Below the pieces are notes generated by a model that was given only the letters and a program-made list of their open reading frames with translations, made no database searches and was not told the DNA's origin. From NCBI GenBank assembly GCA_000002445.1, contig CM000207.1:2080001-2144000 (forward strand): a stretch of DNA of 64,000 nucleotides, given 5' to 3'. Positions 1-10,686 of this stretch are shown one piece after another; within the stretch, counting starts at the first letter, position 1, and each line of letters opens with the position of its first letter. This DNA is from Trypanosoma brucei. Lineage: Eukaryota. The translations under genes and the position numbers were made by a program.

Positions 1-2067
1 CTTTTCTGTTATGGTATCCAAAAACAGTTTTTGAAGCCGACCCAAGTCCACCTCACCGATCGCTGATCGATACACCTCCTGATTAGGATACAACTGATGA
101 ATAATGGTACATATAATATTGCGGAGCTCTGTGGGCTCCTCTGTCAGCAGAGCAGAGTGTGTCGTGTGGTACGCTACACGGCATTTCTGCGCGCTTTTCG
201 TCAGTAGTCCCCACGTGAATGATGAAATGAGTTCACTGACTGCACTGATGTCTGCACTATGCAACAACAGAGAATTTCTGCTAGGCGGCGCAATAACGTA
301 CAGGTCCAATCGGTTGGTGATATTCTTTTTCACCAAATGACAGTGAAGGCGCGAGAAGAGAAGTGTGTGTAACCATTCGTGATATTGTTTTAGTTTTTGT
401 AACACCTTTTCCTTCTCGGCCGATCCATAGAAGTACGAAGGGTGTCCTTCCTTAACCGGTGGAAAGTGGGCCGACATCACGCGTTGTATCCGCTCATACA
501 CGGCTTGACAGAACTCTTCCAAATGCTTAAGGTGGACCTGGCCGTCTGCACCACACCGGTCAAACTCAGCGTTGTAGTCAGGTATCACGAGCTCTGGTGT
601 ATCTGCTCCCTCAACAACGTACTGTTTGAACACCTGGTGCTCCTGCCACTTCTTCTCCTTTACAGCAGCATCGCAACAAATTAACTGTGATGGGCACACT
701 TCTTTTGCAGCCACAGTGCACGTACGGCGCACCTGCCGTTGAAGATAGTCTGGGTGCTCAATAGGGGGTTCCTCCGTCAGTAGCGGCGCCAATGAGGGTG
801 GAATTCCAAGCTTGCGGGTTCCCTTCCGCGTGGCTATTATACGCCAACTGGAGACCTCCATAGCTCGTCTGTGTGCGGCATGTAAAACTGGCTGAAGTGG
901 TGGAGCTTGAGGACTTTCGGAGGGAACCACTTGTGAGCTCATGGACCTGAGTCGGTAGGGTGCGCCCAAACTCTGACGGTTCAACATGTCGTTCGCCGTC
1001 ATGGCGCGATAGTCTCCTTCACGGTCTCCTATAAGTTCAAGAGTCAAGAATCGAGACTTCTCAACGTCACGCAAAACATCCACCTGAATGGCAAAACGTA
1101 GATTCTTCAGGCACACGCCGGCCGGCTCCTCTGGGGGGCTAAATAAGGGATTAAGATGGACCCTGCTTCCAACGAATTCCTCATTCAACAGAGGAAACAC
1201 CCGGTTGAGGAGCAGCTCTGTTTCCGAATGGAATATGAATGGTGGAGCCAGGATGGCCACCTCCAACAACCGCCACCCGGATTCGATGTGGGGAAGGGGA
1301 ACAAACTTGTTACCTGAAGCAACCACCGACTTTGTAAAGGTGGAAAGCCGATCTAGTGCAACCGTTTCCTTCTGCATCCAATCAGCCTTGCGCACCGTCT
1401 CCCGCATTGTTGAAGCAAAAGTACTTGTTGCCGGTTTCTCTTCAACAACAGTGCCAGTGATCCTATTCCCCTCAGCGTCCACCCTGAATGCTTCAATTGC
1501 GCACCGCCCCTCAGCACACTCCTCGCGAGTGGCCACCTCTTTACCTGAGGCATTACCTGCCGTCTCACACAGTCTATTTCGTTCAAGAGCCTTCTCAATC
1601 TTCTTCATAACTCCTTCAGGTACCTGTGTGTTGCTCAGGTCGGCATGTACAATACCAGGGTTATGTTGCAGCAGTGAAAGGACCGCCAATCCGGCAGTGA
1701 GAGAAATAGTGTTACCTGAAAAATCGAGTTTTTCTAGACTCCGATGCTTAATCATTGCCCGACAGAAGAAAGCAACAGAGTCATTGTTGAGACCACTGCA
1801 AGGAACAATGAGCTCCTTCAACTTGTCGTTCTTCACAAGGAGGCTCGTCACAGCCTGAAGCCCAACGGCACCGATATAATTCCGCCTAAGATCCACAACC
1901 TCACTAAAACGTATGGTTTCCACTTGCGACGAAAGCAGTGGGTTCATTTTAGCTTTCAATGAAATGTAATTGGCGACAAGCTCCTCGTACGCGTCCGTGC
2001 TTCTCGTGTCCTCCTTCTGCGGCATGAACTGCGAGGGAAGAAGAACAGGACTCTGCGCGTTAGTCAT
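1..2067 (-). CDS. Leucine-rich-repeat-containing protein, partial (3' end beyond window start)
   Basis: Minus-strand ATG at 2067. First ~60 codons checked by hand: MTNAQSPVLLPSQFMPQKEDTRSTDAYEELVANYISLKAKMNPLLS... Frame checked open for the last ~40 codons at the window edge. L-rich LRR-like segments (LKELIVPCSGLNNDSV, LEKLDFSGNTISL). Plus-strand ORF 1088..1858 is its antisense shadow. Not in the ORF track because no stop falls inside the window. Confidence 0.5.
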   Translation of the reverse strand, partial: MTNAQSPVLLPSQFMPQKEDTRSTDAYEELVANYISLKAKMNPLLSSQVETIRFSEVVDLRRNYIGAVGLQAVTSLLVKNDKLKELIVPCSGLNNDSVAFFCRAMIKHRSLEKLDFSGNTISLTAGLAVLSLLQHNPGIVHADLSNTQVPEGVMKKIEKALERNRLCETAGNASGKEVATREECAEGRCAIEAFRVDAEGNRITGTVVEEKPATSTFASTMRETVRKADWMQKETVALDRLSTFTKSVVASGNKFVPLPHIESGWRLLEVAILAPPFIFHSETELLLNRVFPLLNEEFVGSRVHLNPLFSPPEEPAGVCLKNLRFAIQVDVLRDVEKSRFLTLELIGDREGDYRAMTANDMLNRQSLGAPYRLRSMSSQVVPSESPQAPPLQPVLHAAHRRAMEVSSWRIIATRKGTRKLGIPPSLAPLLTEEPPIEHPDYLQRQVRRTCTVAAKEVCPSQLICCDAAVKEKKWQEHQVFKQYVVEGADTPELVIPDYNAEFDRCGADGQVHLKHLEEFCQAVYERIQRVMSAHFPPVKEGHPSYFYGSAEKEKVLQKLKQYHEWLHTLLFSRLHCHLVKKNITNRLDLYVIAPPSRNSLLLHSADISAVSELISSFTWGLLTKSAQKCRVAYHTTHSALLTEEPTELRNIICTIIHQLYPNQEVYRSAIGEVDLGRLQKLFLDTITEK

Positions 2068-2590
2068 CTTTGCAATTATTTTCTAAACCCCAACAATAAT
2101 AAATTCTCCCACACCCGTCTCAATTGGGTTCCCTCCTTCTACTCGGTCTTCTTTTAACCAGTTCTTGCTTTTCCCCTAGCCTTGGGTATATCAAACCCCT
2201 ATCTGGCCTTCCGATGACGTTAGTCACTTTTGTTCTTTCTTATCTCTGCCCTATCTTCAAGTGAAACAATGAACAACAAATTGAAAATGGTGGAAAACGA
2301 AATGAATGAAGACATATTCTGCCTAATACAAAAATAAAACAACAGGTGTCTAGTAAAAACATAAAAAGAGACGGGTGTATAGAACAACGAGCAAGGAAGC
2401 GCATAACCTTCGGATGCAAGACATAATTGTAATGAAAACACACTGCCAGCGCAAAACCACAATATGCACATGATTCTCGGCCATTCCCTGCCTCTCCACC
2501 ATGCCTTGTCAACGAGCTACCGTTTTCTTTTTGTTTTTACCATCTTCCCACTCTAAGGCATCTTTCCTGCCCTAACCCCTGTGTACTCGA

Positions 2591-3049
2591 TCATGCACCA
2601 CTCATCGCCAACAGCAGTTCCTCGTCCGTCATGACTGGTCCTAGTTTATCCCCGCCAGGCATCCCATCACCATTAGTATTGTCAACATCATTTCCACTGT
2701 CACCATCCTCATCCTCATCATATACGTCGTTTTCTTCAACCTCCTCCTCCTCCTCACCGCTTTCGTCTTCATCGCACAACTCAGTGGCAAACACTCCGTT
2801 CGGGCAGTTTGTTCGGTTGATTAGCCGACCAACCCACGACTTCTCCGGCGCAATGAGACCTATAAAATTCGAGAACTCCGCCGTGGCGACATCCAAAAGC
2901 TCCTCACGACTGACCGGCCCCGTCCCGCATACCTGACAGCCCTCATGAAGAAACTGCTGCTCTGTGATAATTAAGCGGCACCGGCGGCAGGCGAGGTAAC
3001 CATGGTCTCCAACCGGAAGCTGTGGCGGTGGCTCGCTGTCACCACTCAT
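2591..3049 (-). CDS. SPT4: Transcription elongation factor SPT4 (zinc-finger, acidic C-terminal tail)
   Basis: Internal ATG at 3049 (checked: atg agt ggt gac agc = MSGDS). C4 zinc finger CRRCRL-x13-CQVCG, followed by IGLIAPEKSWVGRLINRTNCPNGVFATEL, which resembles human SPT4 [31 protein letters not shown]. The ORF-track call 2591..3406 adds 119 low-complexity residues upstream that are probably untranslated. Confidence 0.7.
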   Translation of the reverse strand: MSGDSEPPPQLPVGDHGYLACRRCRLIITEQQFLHEGCQVCGTGPVSREELLDVATAEFSNFIGLIAPEKSWVGRLINRTNCPNGVFATELCDEDESGEEEEEVEENDVYDEDEDGDSGNDVDNTNGDGMPGGDKLGPVMTDEELLLAMSGA

Positions 3050-3503
3050 TGGAGTCCACACACACGGACACGCACAAGCACACCTTTTAGTGTTAGTGTA
3101 GGTGTTGCCGTTGATGCCTAAATATGTTTTTACCTCTTCTTCCACTCTGCCGCTGATTGTCCCCCCCCCCTTTCCTCTCAAATCCAAAAGACTACTAACA
3201 GTTGCAATCCGAACAAACAGAAATAAATAGTTCAAAGCGAAGAAGCAAAGAAAAAAGGGGAACTGGTGCGGCACGGCGTGCCGTTGACGCAGAGCAGTGC
3301 TAACATCATGTAAATAACCGGGTTTAGACGGTGAAGCAACGGGCAAAGATTCATTTATGGCATCACAACAAATAACGGCCGGAAGAAAAAGAGGAAAAAT
3401 ATCCATGACGTGATGGTATGTCCTCCCGCTCTTTCCAACCCTCGTCTGTACCCCTTATTTACCACGTAGTCCTCGATCTGTCGCCCACCATTTTGCACTA
3501 TTA

Positions 3504-5846
3504 TTAGCCTATGCGAGCCAAAAATGGATCAAATGTGTTAATATCCTTCGTTGCGACTGCAGCAATGTATGGGCAGCCGAGTGCATCTACTGTGAGCACA
3601 AATTGCAGATTGCACAACTCAAGTACCCGTTGAGACGTTAGTGAGGGATCTCGCGCATTGGCTCCGACCTCGCTCCCGCTGAAAGTTATGACAGAAGTGC
3701 TTGTACTTCCGCAATCACCTCTGTCCGGCAAGGCGATACAGGGACAAAACATTAATTCATTTGTAACCACTAGCGCAAGGCTCTCAAACAGCCTTAGAAG
3801 ATCCACCAACGCCATGCGTTCAACCGCCGCTTCGGCGCCAACCCCCTTATGGTTGCTGCTGAGCTCATCACGCACCCTCTTTGGTATGAAGTACTTCATA
3901 GGAATTCGCATCACGGACCCGTCGGGCCTCCTCCTCGTGTCGTGCACCAGTTGAATCAACCCGCCAACGGATGCAACAACATCGCCGCTGCGGTACGTCT
4001 TACCGGCGAATACCCGACGTGTGACGTCACTCAACAAACTCCGTACTGCTCGAAGTGCATTCGCGTCATCGTCCCCACTACCACTACAAATCAGTGAGTC
4101 TGACAACAGGAAGAAGTAATCGGTACAGAACCCCCGCTCGGCAGCGGGGGAACTACCAACTGTACCACAGCGCTTGGCGATATCATATTTCCCGGGCACG
4201 TGCGGATCACTAATGTTTTGGTCCTCTTTTACCCACAATTCTTCCTTCTTTCGCCGGACCCGGGGCTGGCGACCTCTCCGAGGTCGCTTCTTTCCGCGCG
4301 TTTCGTGGGGTTCCTCCTCTGCCCCATCCTCATCATCCTCGTTGCGCTCGTTTTGCGAGGAACTACCACCACAATTATTGTCACTTTGGTGCATTTCGTC
4401 TGACAACGGTTGATCGGCCTCCTGTTCCGCTAGCGTATTCACTGTATACAAAAATATGTCATTATGGGTGTCAAATTTGGAGTGTCTGCCGATCGTCGTA
4501 AGCGGCACCGCCGCATCCCAAACCTGCCACGGTAAGAACGGAACGTTCAGGGGCCAATTTATGGGATGAGATGTAAACAGCGTGGTTGAAGAAGCTTGTG
4601 TGCTTCCACTTCCACTTGAACTCTTGCTTTGACTGCCGCGGATGTTGTCCTCGTTATGTATGTCCTTGGACTGCATGGACAAATGAGAACAGTGAGAGTT
4701 AGCCTCAGGACTGGAACCAACAGTGCCATCTGCAATATTTTGTGCGTCTGTGGAACTGATGGTTTCACGCTGCGAAGCAACGGGTTCGGTCGGTAACGTG
4801 GGGCCCGTCAACACCTCTTGCGGCAGCGGCGCCCTGCAGCAAACCGCAACTAACCGAGTTCGATATACCCGAGGTGAGCGACAGTACGGGCAGAAGTCAA
4901 CTTGGGGTGTGGGAAAGTTGCGGATGCTCCACATTCCACATTGTGGGCACTCCCAAAACAACTCCACGTCAGTATCACTCGTACTCGTACTTGGTTGGCC
5001 ACTGCCGCTCCTGCTCCGCTCGGTAACCCCTCCACTGGTTACTCTATTTTGGTTGCTGCAGCAGGGTTGCAAGCTGTTAGCTGACAATACTCCCACAATC
5101 CTCGAGTTTCCCCCGCGATTGTCAACACTAATATTGCTGTCGTTGTACTTGCCCTCAAGCCTCGTTACACCCCGAAATTGAAATGGCATGGGACTTCTCA
5201 CGCGATATCGTGTCAACAACTCACCTTTGATCCCCGTCCACGGGCTGTGCGTCAAGTTGTGAGCCTTCCCATACGACATAAGAATTTCCTCCCCCTTATT
5301 AATGATTCGTCTGCTGACAAGAGCAGTGTATGTCTCCCCACGTGCGGTGAAGCGGCTCTCCGCACTAATGTTTGCCGTAACGCCCTCCATCCCTCTCGGA
5401 TCGTTCGCAAACCGACCATAATTTCCAGCAAACTCCGCATCCAGTGCGTAATCATCACTGAGTGATCCGTAACCCATGGTATATGTTCTCGAGCTGCATG
5501 AAGTCCCAAAAATCTCCACATAACCGCTGTAGGGCGTGACAACAAAATTCGCTGGAATCGTCCTCTTCGCAAAGAGGCCAATTTGCCCGAATGCCGGATG
5601 ACGTCTGTCTGTAATCACCCGTAACTCTGTGTAATTCCCCGGTAAGTACACCGGCACGGTGAAGCACGGCAGAATATCCGAATCAATGAGTGACTCGGCG
5701 TGAGCAAGAACCCCCATATGGAAAATCATGCGGTCATGTTTGCTGATTGACGGATCGAAGGCCAGAAAATTCCGTGATTGTTCTCCCACGGGGAACTTAA
5801 GTGAGCGACGGGCAGGGGCACATCGTAACGGGGAATGCACATCCAT
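3504..5846 (-). CDS. SET-domain protein (putative lysine methyltransferase) with a C4 zinc-finger-like motif and basic NLS-like stretch
   Basis: 780-aa ORF. SET signature GNYGRFANDP ... GEEILMSYG (cf. consensus GNxARFINHSCxPN ... GEELTxDYG). Downstream WECPQCGMWSIRNFPTPQVDFCPYC (C-x2-C ... C-x2-C, RanBP2-like). KKRPRRGRQPRVRRKKEE basic cluster. Confidence 0.6.
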   Translation of the reverse strand: MDVHSPLRCAPARRSLKFPVGEQSRNFLAFDPSISKHDRMIFHMGVLAHAESLIDSDILPCFTVPVYLPGNYTELRVITDRRHPAFGQIGLFAKRTIPANFVVTPYSGYVEIFGTSCSSRTYTMGYGSLSDDYALDAEFAGNYGRFANDPRGMEGVTANISAESRFTARGETYTALVSRRIINKGEEILMSYGKAHNLTHSPWTGIKGELLTRYRVRSPMPFQFRGVTRLEGKYNDSNISVDNRGGNSRIVGVLSANSLQPCCSNQNRVTSGGVTERSRSGSGQPSTSTSDTDVELFWECPQCGMWSIRNFPTPQVDFCPYCRSPRVYRTRLVAVCCRAPLPQEVLTGPTLPTEPVASQRETISSTDAQNIADGTVGSSPEANSHCSHLSMQSKDIHNEDNIRGSQSKSSSGSGSTQASSTTLFTSHPINWPLNVPFLPWQVWDAAVPLTTIGRHSKFDTHNDIFLYTVNTLAEQEADQPLSDEMHQSDNNCGGSSSQNERNEDDEDGAEEEPHETRGKKRPRRGRQPRVRRKKEELWVKEDQNISDPHVPGKYDIAKRCGTVGSSPAAERGFCTDYFFLLSDSLICSGSGDDDANALRAVRSLLSDVTRRVFAGKTYRSGDVVASVGGLIQLVHDTRRRPDGSVMRIPMKYFIPKRVRDELSSNHKGVGAEAAVERMALVDLLRLFESLALVVTNELMFCPCIALPDRGDCGSTSTSVITFSGSEVGANARDPSLTSQRVLELCNLQFVLTVDALGCPYIAAVATKDINTFDPFLARIG

Positions 5847-6479
5847 TCCACACGAGGAAACACTGCAATCGTAAATGATAGTAAAAGGAAAATGGGACGA
5901 GGTGTTGTGAAGTGGGAAATGCTCTCACTGACGTGAAGACACAGACGCACACGCACGCGCACAAAACGCTTTCGCTGCGGTGTACGACTCTCCCTAACTC
6001 CTCCACGATCGCCGCTGATATATTGGGCTTCGTTGCAAGTACACCGCAACGAAGAGCACACACAGTGAAAAAAAAAAGGAAGGGGAGTGTCAAAAAATAG
6101 AAGGGGGAAGGAAATAAGGTACAGGGGAGAATAAAATCGACCCAAGCAACTAATACACTAACGGGACACGCCATAATAATGAAACATAGGTGTTATCGGC
6201 ACCACCGGCGAATGTTTTCCACTTTTGAAAACTCCACCTCCAAATCCACCGCCACCGGTGCCGTTAGCCGCAGCGCCACAGATTTTTACCAGGTGGTGAG
6301 ACGTGCTAGCCCACGAACCGCATAGTCGAGACGTTACCACACACCACTCAGGTATAAACGTGTACACATTCCAGTTAAACGACCAAAATAAAACAAAAAA
6401 GGGACTTGTGGTTTACACCTGCAGGTCTTCACCCCCTGCCTCCGCCACACACAAACACCTTTTTTACCTAGACAAAGTC

Positions 6480-6977
6480 TTAAAAACAGCAGTCACAATC
6501 AAAGGGGCAATTTGGAGTTGTCCCCGCATTGGGGTTTGATGATGTAATTTTCCGCAGCTCCTCTACGGTAATGATGCGGTCAACACCTTCCCGCCTGAGC
6601 AATGTTTCCGGTACTTCACAATCAGCCAGTGGGCCGCCACCTTTTCCCGTCTTCTTATTTCTACCCTTCTTTTCCTTTGGCTGTGAGGACACGTTAAAGA
6701 AATCTGCATCGCTCAGCTCCAACGTCTTCTCTGGCGCACGATAAAGACCATCGGAGGTAGTGAGCCGTGACTGTCCCTTTACCGTGCCACGCGCCGGTTG
6801 GGCACTAGACTGCAGTTTTTTATCTTTAATTACACCAAAGATATCGGCAATATCCGAACCCTTATCCAAGACGGCTGTAGCGCACTTCCAAGCCATCTTT
6901 GATTCACTACCAGCCGGTGACGAACTGTGTTTTAGAATGCCCCTTCCACCAGGCTCTTGTTTTTTTGCCTTCTTCAT
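6480..6977 (-). CDS. Small basic hypothetical protein (165 aa) ending in Cys cluster CPFDCDCCF
   Basis: Isolated minus-strand ORF in the same orientation as its neighbours. Lys-rich with no low-complexity nucleotide repeats underneath. No recognisable domain. Confidence 0.35.
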   Translation of the reverse strand: MKKAKKQEPGGRGILKHSSSPAGSESKMAWKCATAVLDKGSDIADIFGVIKDKKLQSSAQPARGTVKGQSRLTTSDGLYRAPEKTLELSDADFFNVSSQPKEKKGRNKKTGKGGGPLADCEVPETLLRREGVDRIITVEELRKITSSNPNAGTTPNCPFDCDCCF

Positions 6978-7872
6978 TAGAAGCTACATGTGGGGTGAAA
7001 GAAAGAAGCGACCAATAGCCAAACAACACATATGATAAAAACATAGATAATCAAATACGCAATCATGTATGGTACAAAACAAAAAAGCGAGATGAAGTGC
7101 AGCACGTTGTTATGAATAACGGCAACTGAGGGGAACGTGTTTTTGAGTTCAGCATAATGGAGGGGATACCCAAACCCCCATAAATACACACTCGACGACC
7201 AAACACATCCCACTTCTCGAAAACGACATCAACTGTAAAGAGGACGAAAAAACAACACACAAACCAGTATTACTGGTGAGCAGATTGAACAGATATGTGG
7301 AAGTTTCACCACTCACACAATCTGTTATCACCACACAACAGATGACTATCATTCATTTCCCCACACAAATACTTGGGCCCATAAACCAAGTGTCTGCTAC
7401 ACATTTCCCTCTTCTCTCACCTGAAAGAGGGGAAAATAAACGCGGTCTCTCTGCTTCTCCGGGGGAGCAAACAGACAAAAGAAAAAGTAAGTTTAATACA
7501 ATATGAAAGAAACAAACAAGAGCGCTTAAACGGACAGGAGTAAGCACCTCCTCACTATTACTTCTCTGAAGCGGGAGGAAGCCACCTTCTTGCCATCAAA
7601 GATGATGTACTGATGCTTTTCTGGGTACATATTCAACTAATCCACCCCGCCGTTCCCTACTCTGCTACCCTCAACATTCAGGCGGAACAGCTGAAAGCCA
7701 TATACGGTACAGAATAATAAATTCAAATTCTGCACGTGCTTCTGAGCATAAATGTGCACACGCGGATAGTAGATAACGTATACACGGTTGGAGGATAGCT
7801 GGAAGCAGCGAAAATCAGATGACGTACTGGAAAGAAAAGGGGGGGGAGGAGCAATTCCACTCATCTTTTCTT

Positions 7873-9342
7873 TCAAGGGGCATTTTTTTGGTTAACGAAC
7901 ACCACTGGTTCACCGACGAATGGCACACCAGCCATTGTGCGTTCAATCTCCTCCACTGTTCGCGGGACGACCGTAAGGTTTACGACACCTGTTTCGGTAA
8001 TTACCACATCGCTCTCAATGCGCACACCACCAAAGTTCCACAGCTTCCGGAGCCCTTCCTCATGGAGGTGAGGTTTCATTTCAGGGTTGACGAAGGCATC
8101 GGTAAGAAGCGAACGATTAATATAACAACCGGGTTCCACAGTGAGGCACATTCCCTTCTCCAGCACCCGTGCCGTTCTCAACTTACAGCAGTCGCTCTCG
8201 ACAGGGCGCTTGGGACAATCTTCCAAGTAGCCCCCTACATCGTGCACATCCATGCCGAGCAAATGCCCCAGCCCATGAGGTTGGAAGAGACCCATAATAC
8301 GCTTTTGCATTATGGTGTCTACATCTCCCATGAGTAAACCAGCACGCAGCAAGTGCTTGCACATGACACGCAACGCCAACTTGTGCATATCCACCCAGTT
8401 TGTACCGGGTCTGAGACTCTTCATCACTGAGTCGTGCGCGTCCAGAACGGCATTGTATATCATCACTTGGTCAGAGGTAAACTTACCGTTCACGGGAAAG
8501 GAGCAAGTAATGTCACTTGCATATCCCATGTAGTGGCCTCCCATATCTAGCAGGGCCATAGAGCCATCCTCAATGGGTGCGTCGTTATTTGGGTAATGCA
8601 GCACTGCGCCGTAGTGTCCCGTAGCGCAGATGCACGTATACGCCACCTTCCTGCAACCGCCGTGGTAATAAACATGATGCAAAAAGGTGGATTCGAGTTG
8701 GTGCTGGGACATACCGGGCTTGCACTGTTGCATCACATGAATGTGAGCATCGCTGGAAACACGACACACATACCGCAGAAGGTCGATTTCTAAATCCGTC
8801 TTGTAGCAGCGTTGCCGACTTAATGTATCAAAAAGAAAGTCAGTAGATGTATTCAACTTCGAAGGTTGGGGAAGTTGAGCCGTCAGCACATTGAGGCCAC
8901 TGTCGCTGTTTACCCCCTTCATCACCTCAACCGTAGTCACACCCTTCGCAGCGAATGTTTCATTAATCTCATCCGTGTAGTAAACCTCCTCCACGCCCGT
9001 CGCCTCCTTGACGCTTGCGGGAGTGGGCAACTCACCCATCCAAACCGCGTATGATGCCGGGAGGCGGGGAATGAAAAGAATTCCAGTGCCATCAGTAAGA
9101 ACAGCACCGAAACAATCAGGAATGTCACAACCGAATAGGTAAGCGAAATAACTCTCCTGCCAAAAGAGATGGTTCACATCAGTGGAGTTTACCGGAACCT
9201 CCGAACTCCCTTGAAGGAAAGCGGCGTGTGTGTCATCCATGCATGTCCGCATCGATGCAGCAAGGCGCTGGCGCTGCTCCTTGTACATATCTGGACTGAT
9301 CTCGAATGGATAGGCGGTGTTGCGAATACAATTTGACGACAT
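7873..9342 (-). CDS. Xaa-Pro dipeptidase (prolidase), M24B metallopeptidase
   Basis: 489 aa. HGLGHLLGMDVHDVGGY motif, near-identical to the prolidase metal-binding signature HGLGHFLGIDVHDVGGY. Pita-bread fold residues present (DMGGHYMGYASDITCSFPVNG, VEPGCY, IESDV). Confidence 0.85.
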   Translation of the reverse strand: MSSNCIRNTAYPFEISPDMYKEQRQRLAASMRTCMDDTHAAFLQGSSEVPVNSTDVNHLFWQESYFAYLFGCDIPDCFGAVLTDGTGILFIPRLPASYAVWMGELPTPASVKEATGVEEVYYTDEINETFAAKGVTTVEVMKGVNSDSGLNVLTAQLPQPSKLNTSTDFLFDTLSRQRCYKTDLEIDLLRYVCRVSSDAHIHVMQQCKPGMSQHQLESTFLHHVYYHGGCRKVAYTCICATGHYGAVLHYPNNDAPIEDGSMALLDMGGHYMGYASDITCSFPVNGKFTSDQVMIYNAVLDAHDSVMKSLRPGTNWVDMHKLALRVMCKHLLRAGLLMGDVDTIMQKRIMGLFQPHGLGHLLGMDVHDVGGYLEDCPKRPVESDCCKLRTARVLEKGMCLTVEPGCYINRSLLTDAFVNPEMKPHLHEEGLRKLWNFGGVRIESDVVITETGVVNLTVVPRTVEEIERTMAGVPFVGEPVVFVNQKNAP

Positions 9343-9350
9343 GTCGTGTT

Positions 9351-9377
9351 CTCTCTCTCTCTCTCTTTCTCTCTCTG
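9351..9377. repeat. (CT)n microsatellite
   Basis: ctctctctctctctttctctctctg read directly. Confidence 0.9.
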
Positions 9378-10653
9378 AAAACGTCGCACAAGTCGGTTAC
9401 AAGTGATCTTACCTTACTTTTGTTCCCCCTTTCCTTTCCCTCTCCTTCGTTGTTTGATACCACGGAGTTTGTCAATGCTATCAATTTCAAAGGAGAAGTG
9501 AGAAGCGCAGGGGGAGAGCGAACGGAATAAATGGGACATCTGATGAATGTAGCGCGCCGTAAAAAAGAGCATACAAAATCCAGCCATTGAAATAATTATA
9601 ATCATGAAGGATTGTTATTGTTGAGGTGAGGCGGAAGAAAAGGTTGTCAGAGCCGCTACAAAATGATGATAATAATAATGATGATGATGATGGCATAAAA
9701 CGAAGCAAAAGGAAGATAGCGCGGCTTTAGACTCATTAAACTACACAGCACCACGTATACCTGCACGCTTATATAAATATGCGCACGAAAATTTCCACCC
9801 TCCCCACTGACATCTCGGCGCCTGTTTCAAATCGAATATTCCCCTTTCCGATTCCTTTTATTTCCGTTCTTTTTTCTCAATTGTCATCTATCCCACTCTC
9901 CTCCACTTCACCTTTCTTTTTTTTTCTCTTTACATTCCCTTTCCATTCATTTCACCTTCTTCCTTTCCTTATATCTAGCTACTTTAACTTTTTCGTCATT
10001 ATATATCACGGCGACAACAACAACAATAATAATAATGATGATAATATATACGTTCGTGCCGATGTTTATTTTCCTCCAAGCCCCTTTTGTGGAACGTAGA
10101 AAAATAGTATAGAAAATAATATATATATATATATATTTTTAAAAATATATAAAAGAAATATTTAAAAAAAAACATACAAATATACCAAAGTTGATTTGAA
10201 ACGCTTCCCCACTTTCCCTTCCCCTCTTCCCCCGCCCCACCACGCACATGTCCCCATGTTTCTCTCACTGTGAGCACTAAATATATTTCACTACATTTTG
10301 TTTTTGTCTTTCAACTTCCAACAACCCACTTCCAATATGCGGGCAACCGCCCTTTTCTGTTCTTTTTTTTTTTCCTTTCATCATTTGGTGGAAAAAACAA
10401 CAACAACAGAAAAAAAAAAAATCATCGCCTTCATCAGGCAAACCAAACTCGGTTATTTGTCAGGTCTGCACACGCACAGTTATATGGCACAAGGCGGAAT
10501 AGAAATAAAAAAAGGTAAGAAAATTGTTTACACAAACAACGACAATAACAATTAAAAAAATTAAGAAACGAAAAAAAGAAGGGTGGAAAAAAATATATAT
10601 GCGCCCAAACGCTCGGAATTGAACACATAATTTTTAAGCAAAACAAAAAGAAA

Positions 10654-10686
10654 GGGAGAGGGAGAGGGAGAGGGAGAGGGAGAGAG
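10654..10686. repeat. (GGGAGA)n microsatellite, about 5 units
   Basis: gggagagggagagggagagggagagggagagag read directly. Confidence 0.9.

Noticed and set aside
1088-1858. 256-aa plus-strand ORF
   Set aside because: Low-complexity, Ser/Arg-rich translation lying antisense to the verified minus-strand LRR gene. Typical shadow ORF.
5726-6174. Overlapping minus-strand ORFs of 125-139 aa downstream of the SET gene start
   Set aside because: They lie in the low-complexity 5' flank (CA/GT-rich, homopolymers) and are Cys/Phe/Leu-rich with no conserved motif. Probably UTR.
9779-10099. 106-aa plus-strand ORF in the pyrimidine-rich block
   Set aside because: Translation is Phe/Ser/Pro low-complexity derived from a poly-pyrimidine tract. 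Not a plausible protein.
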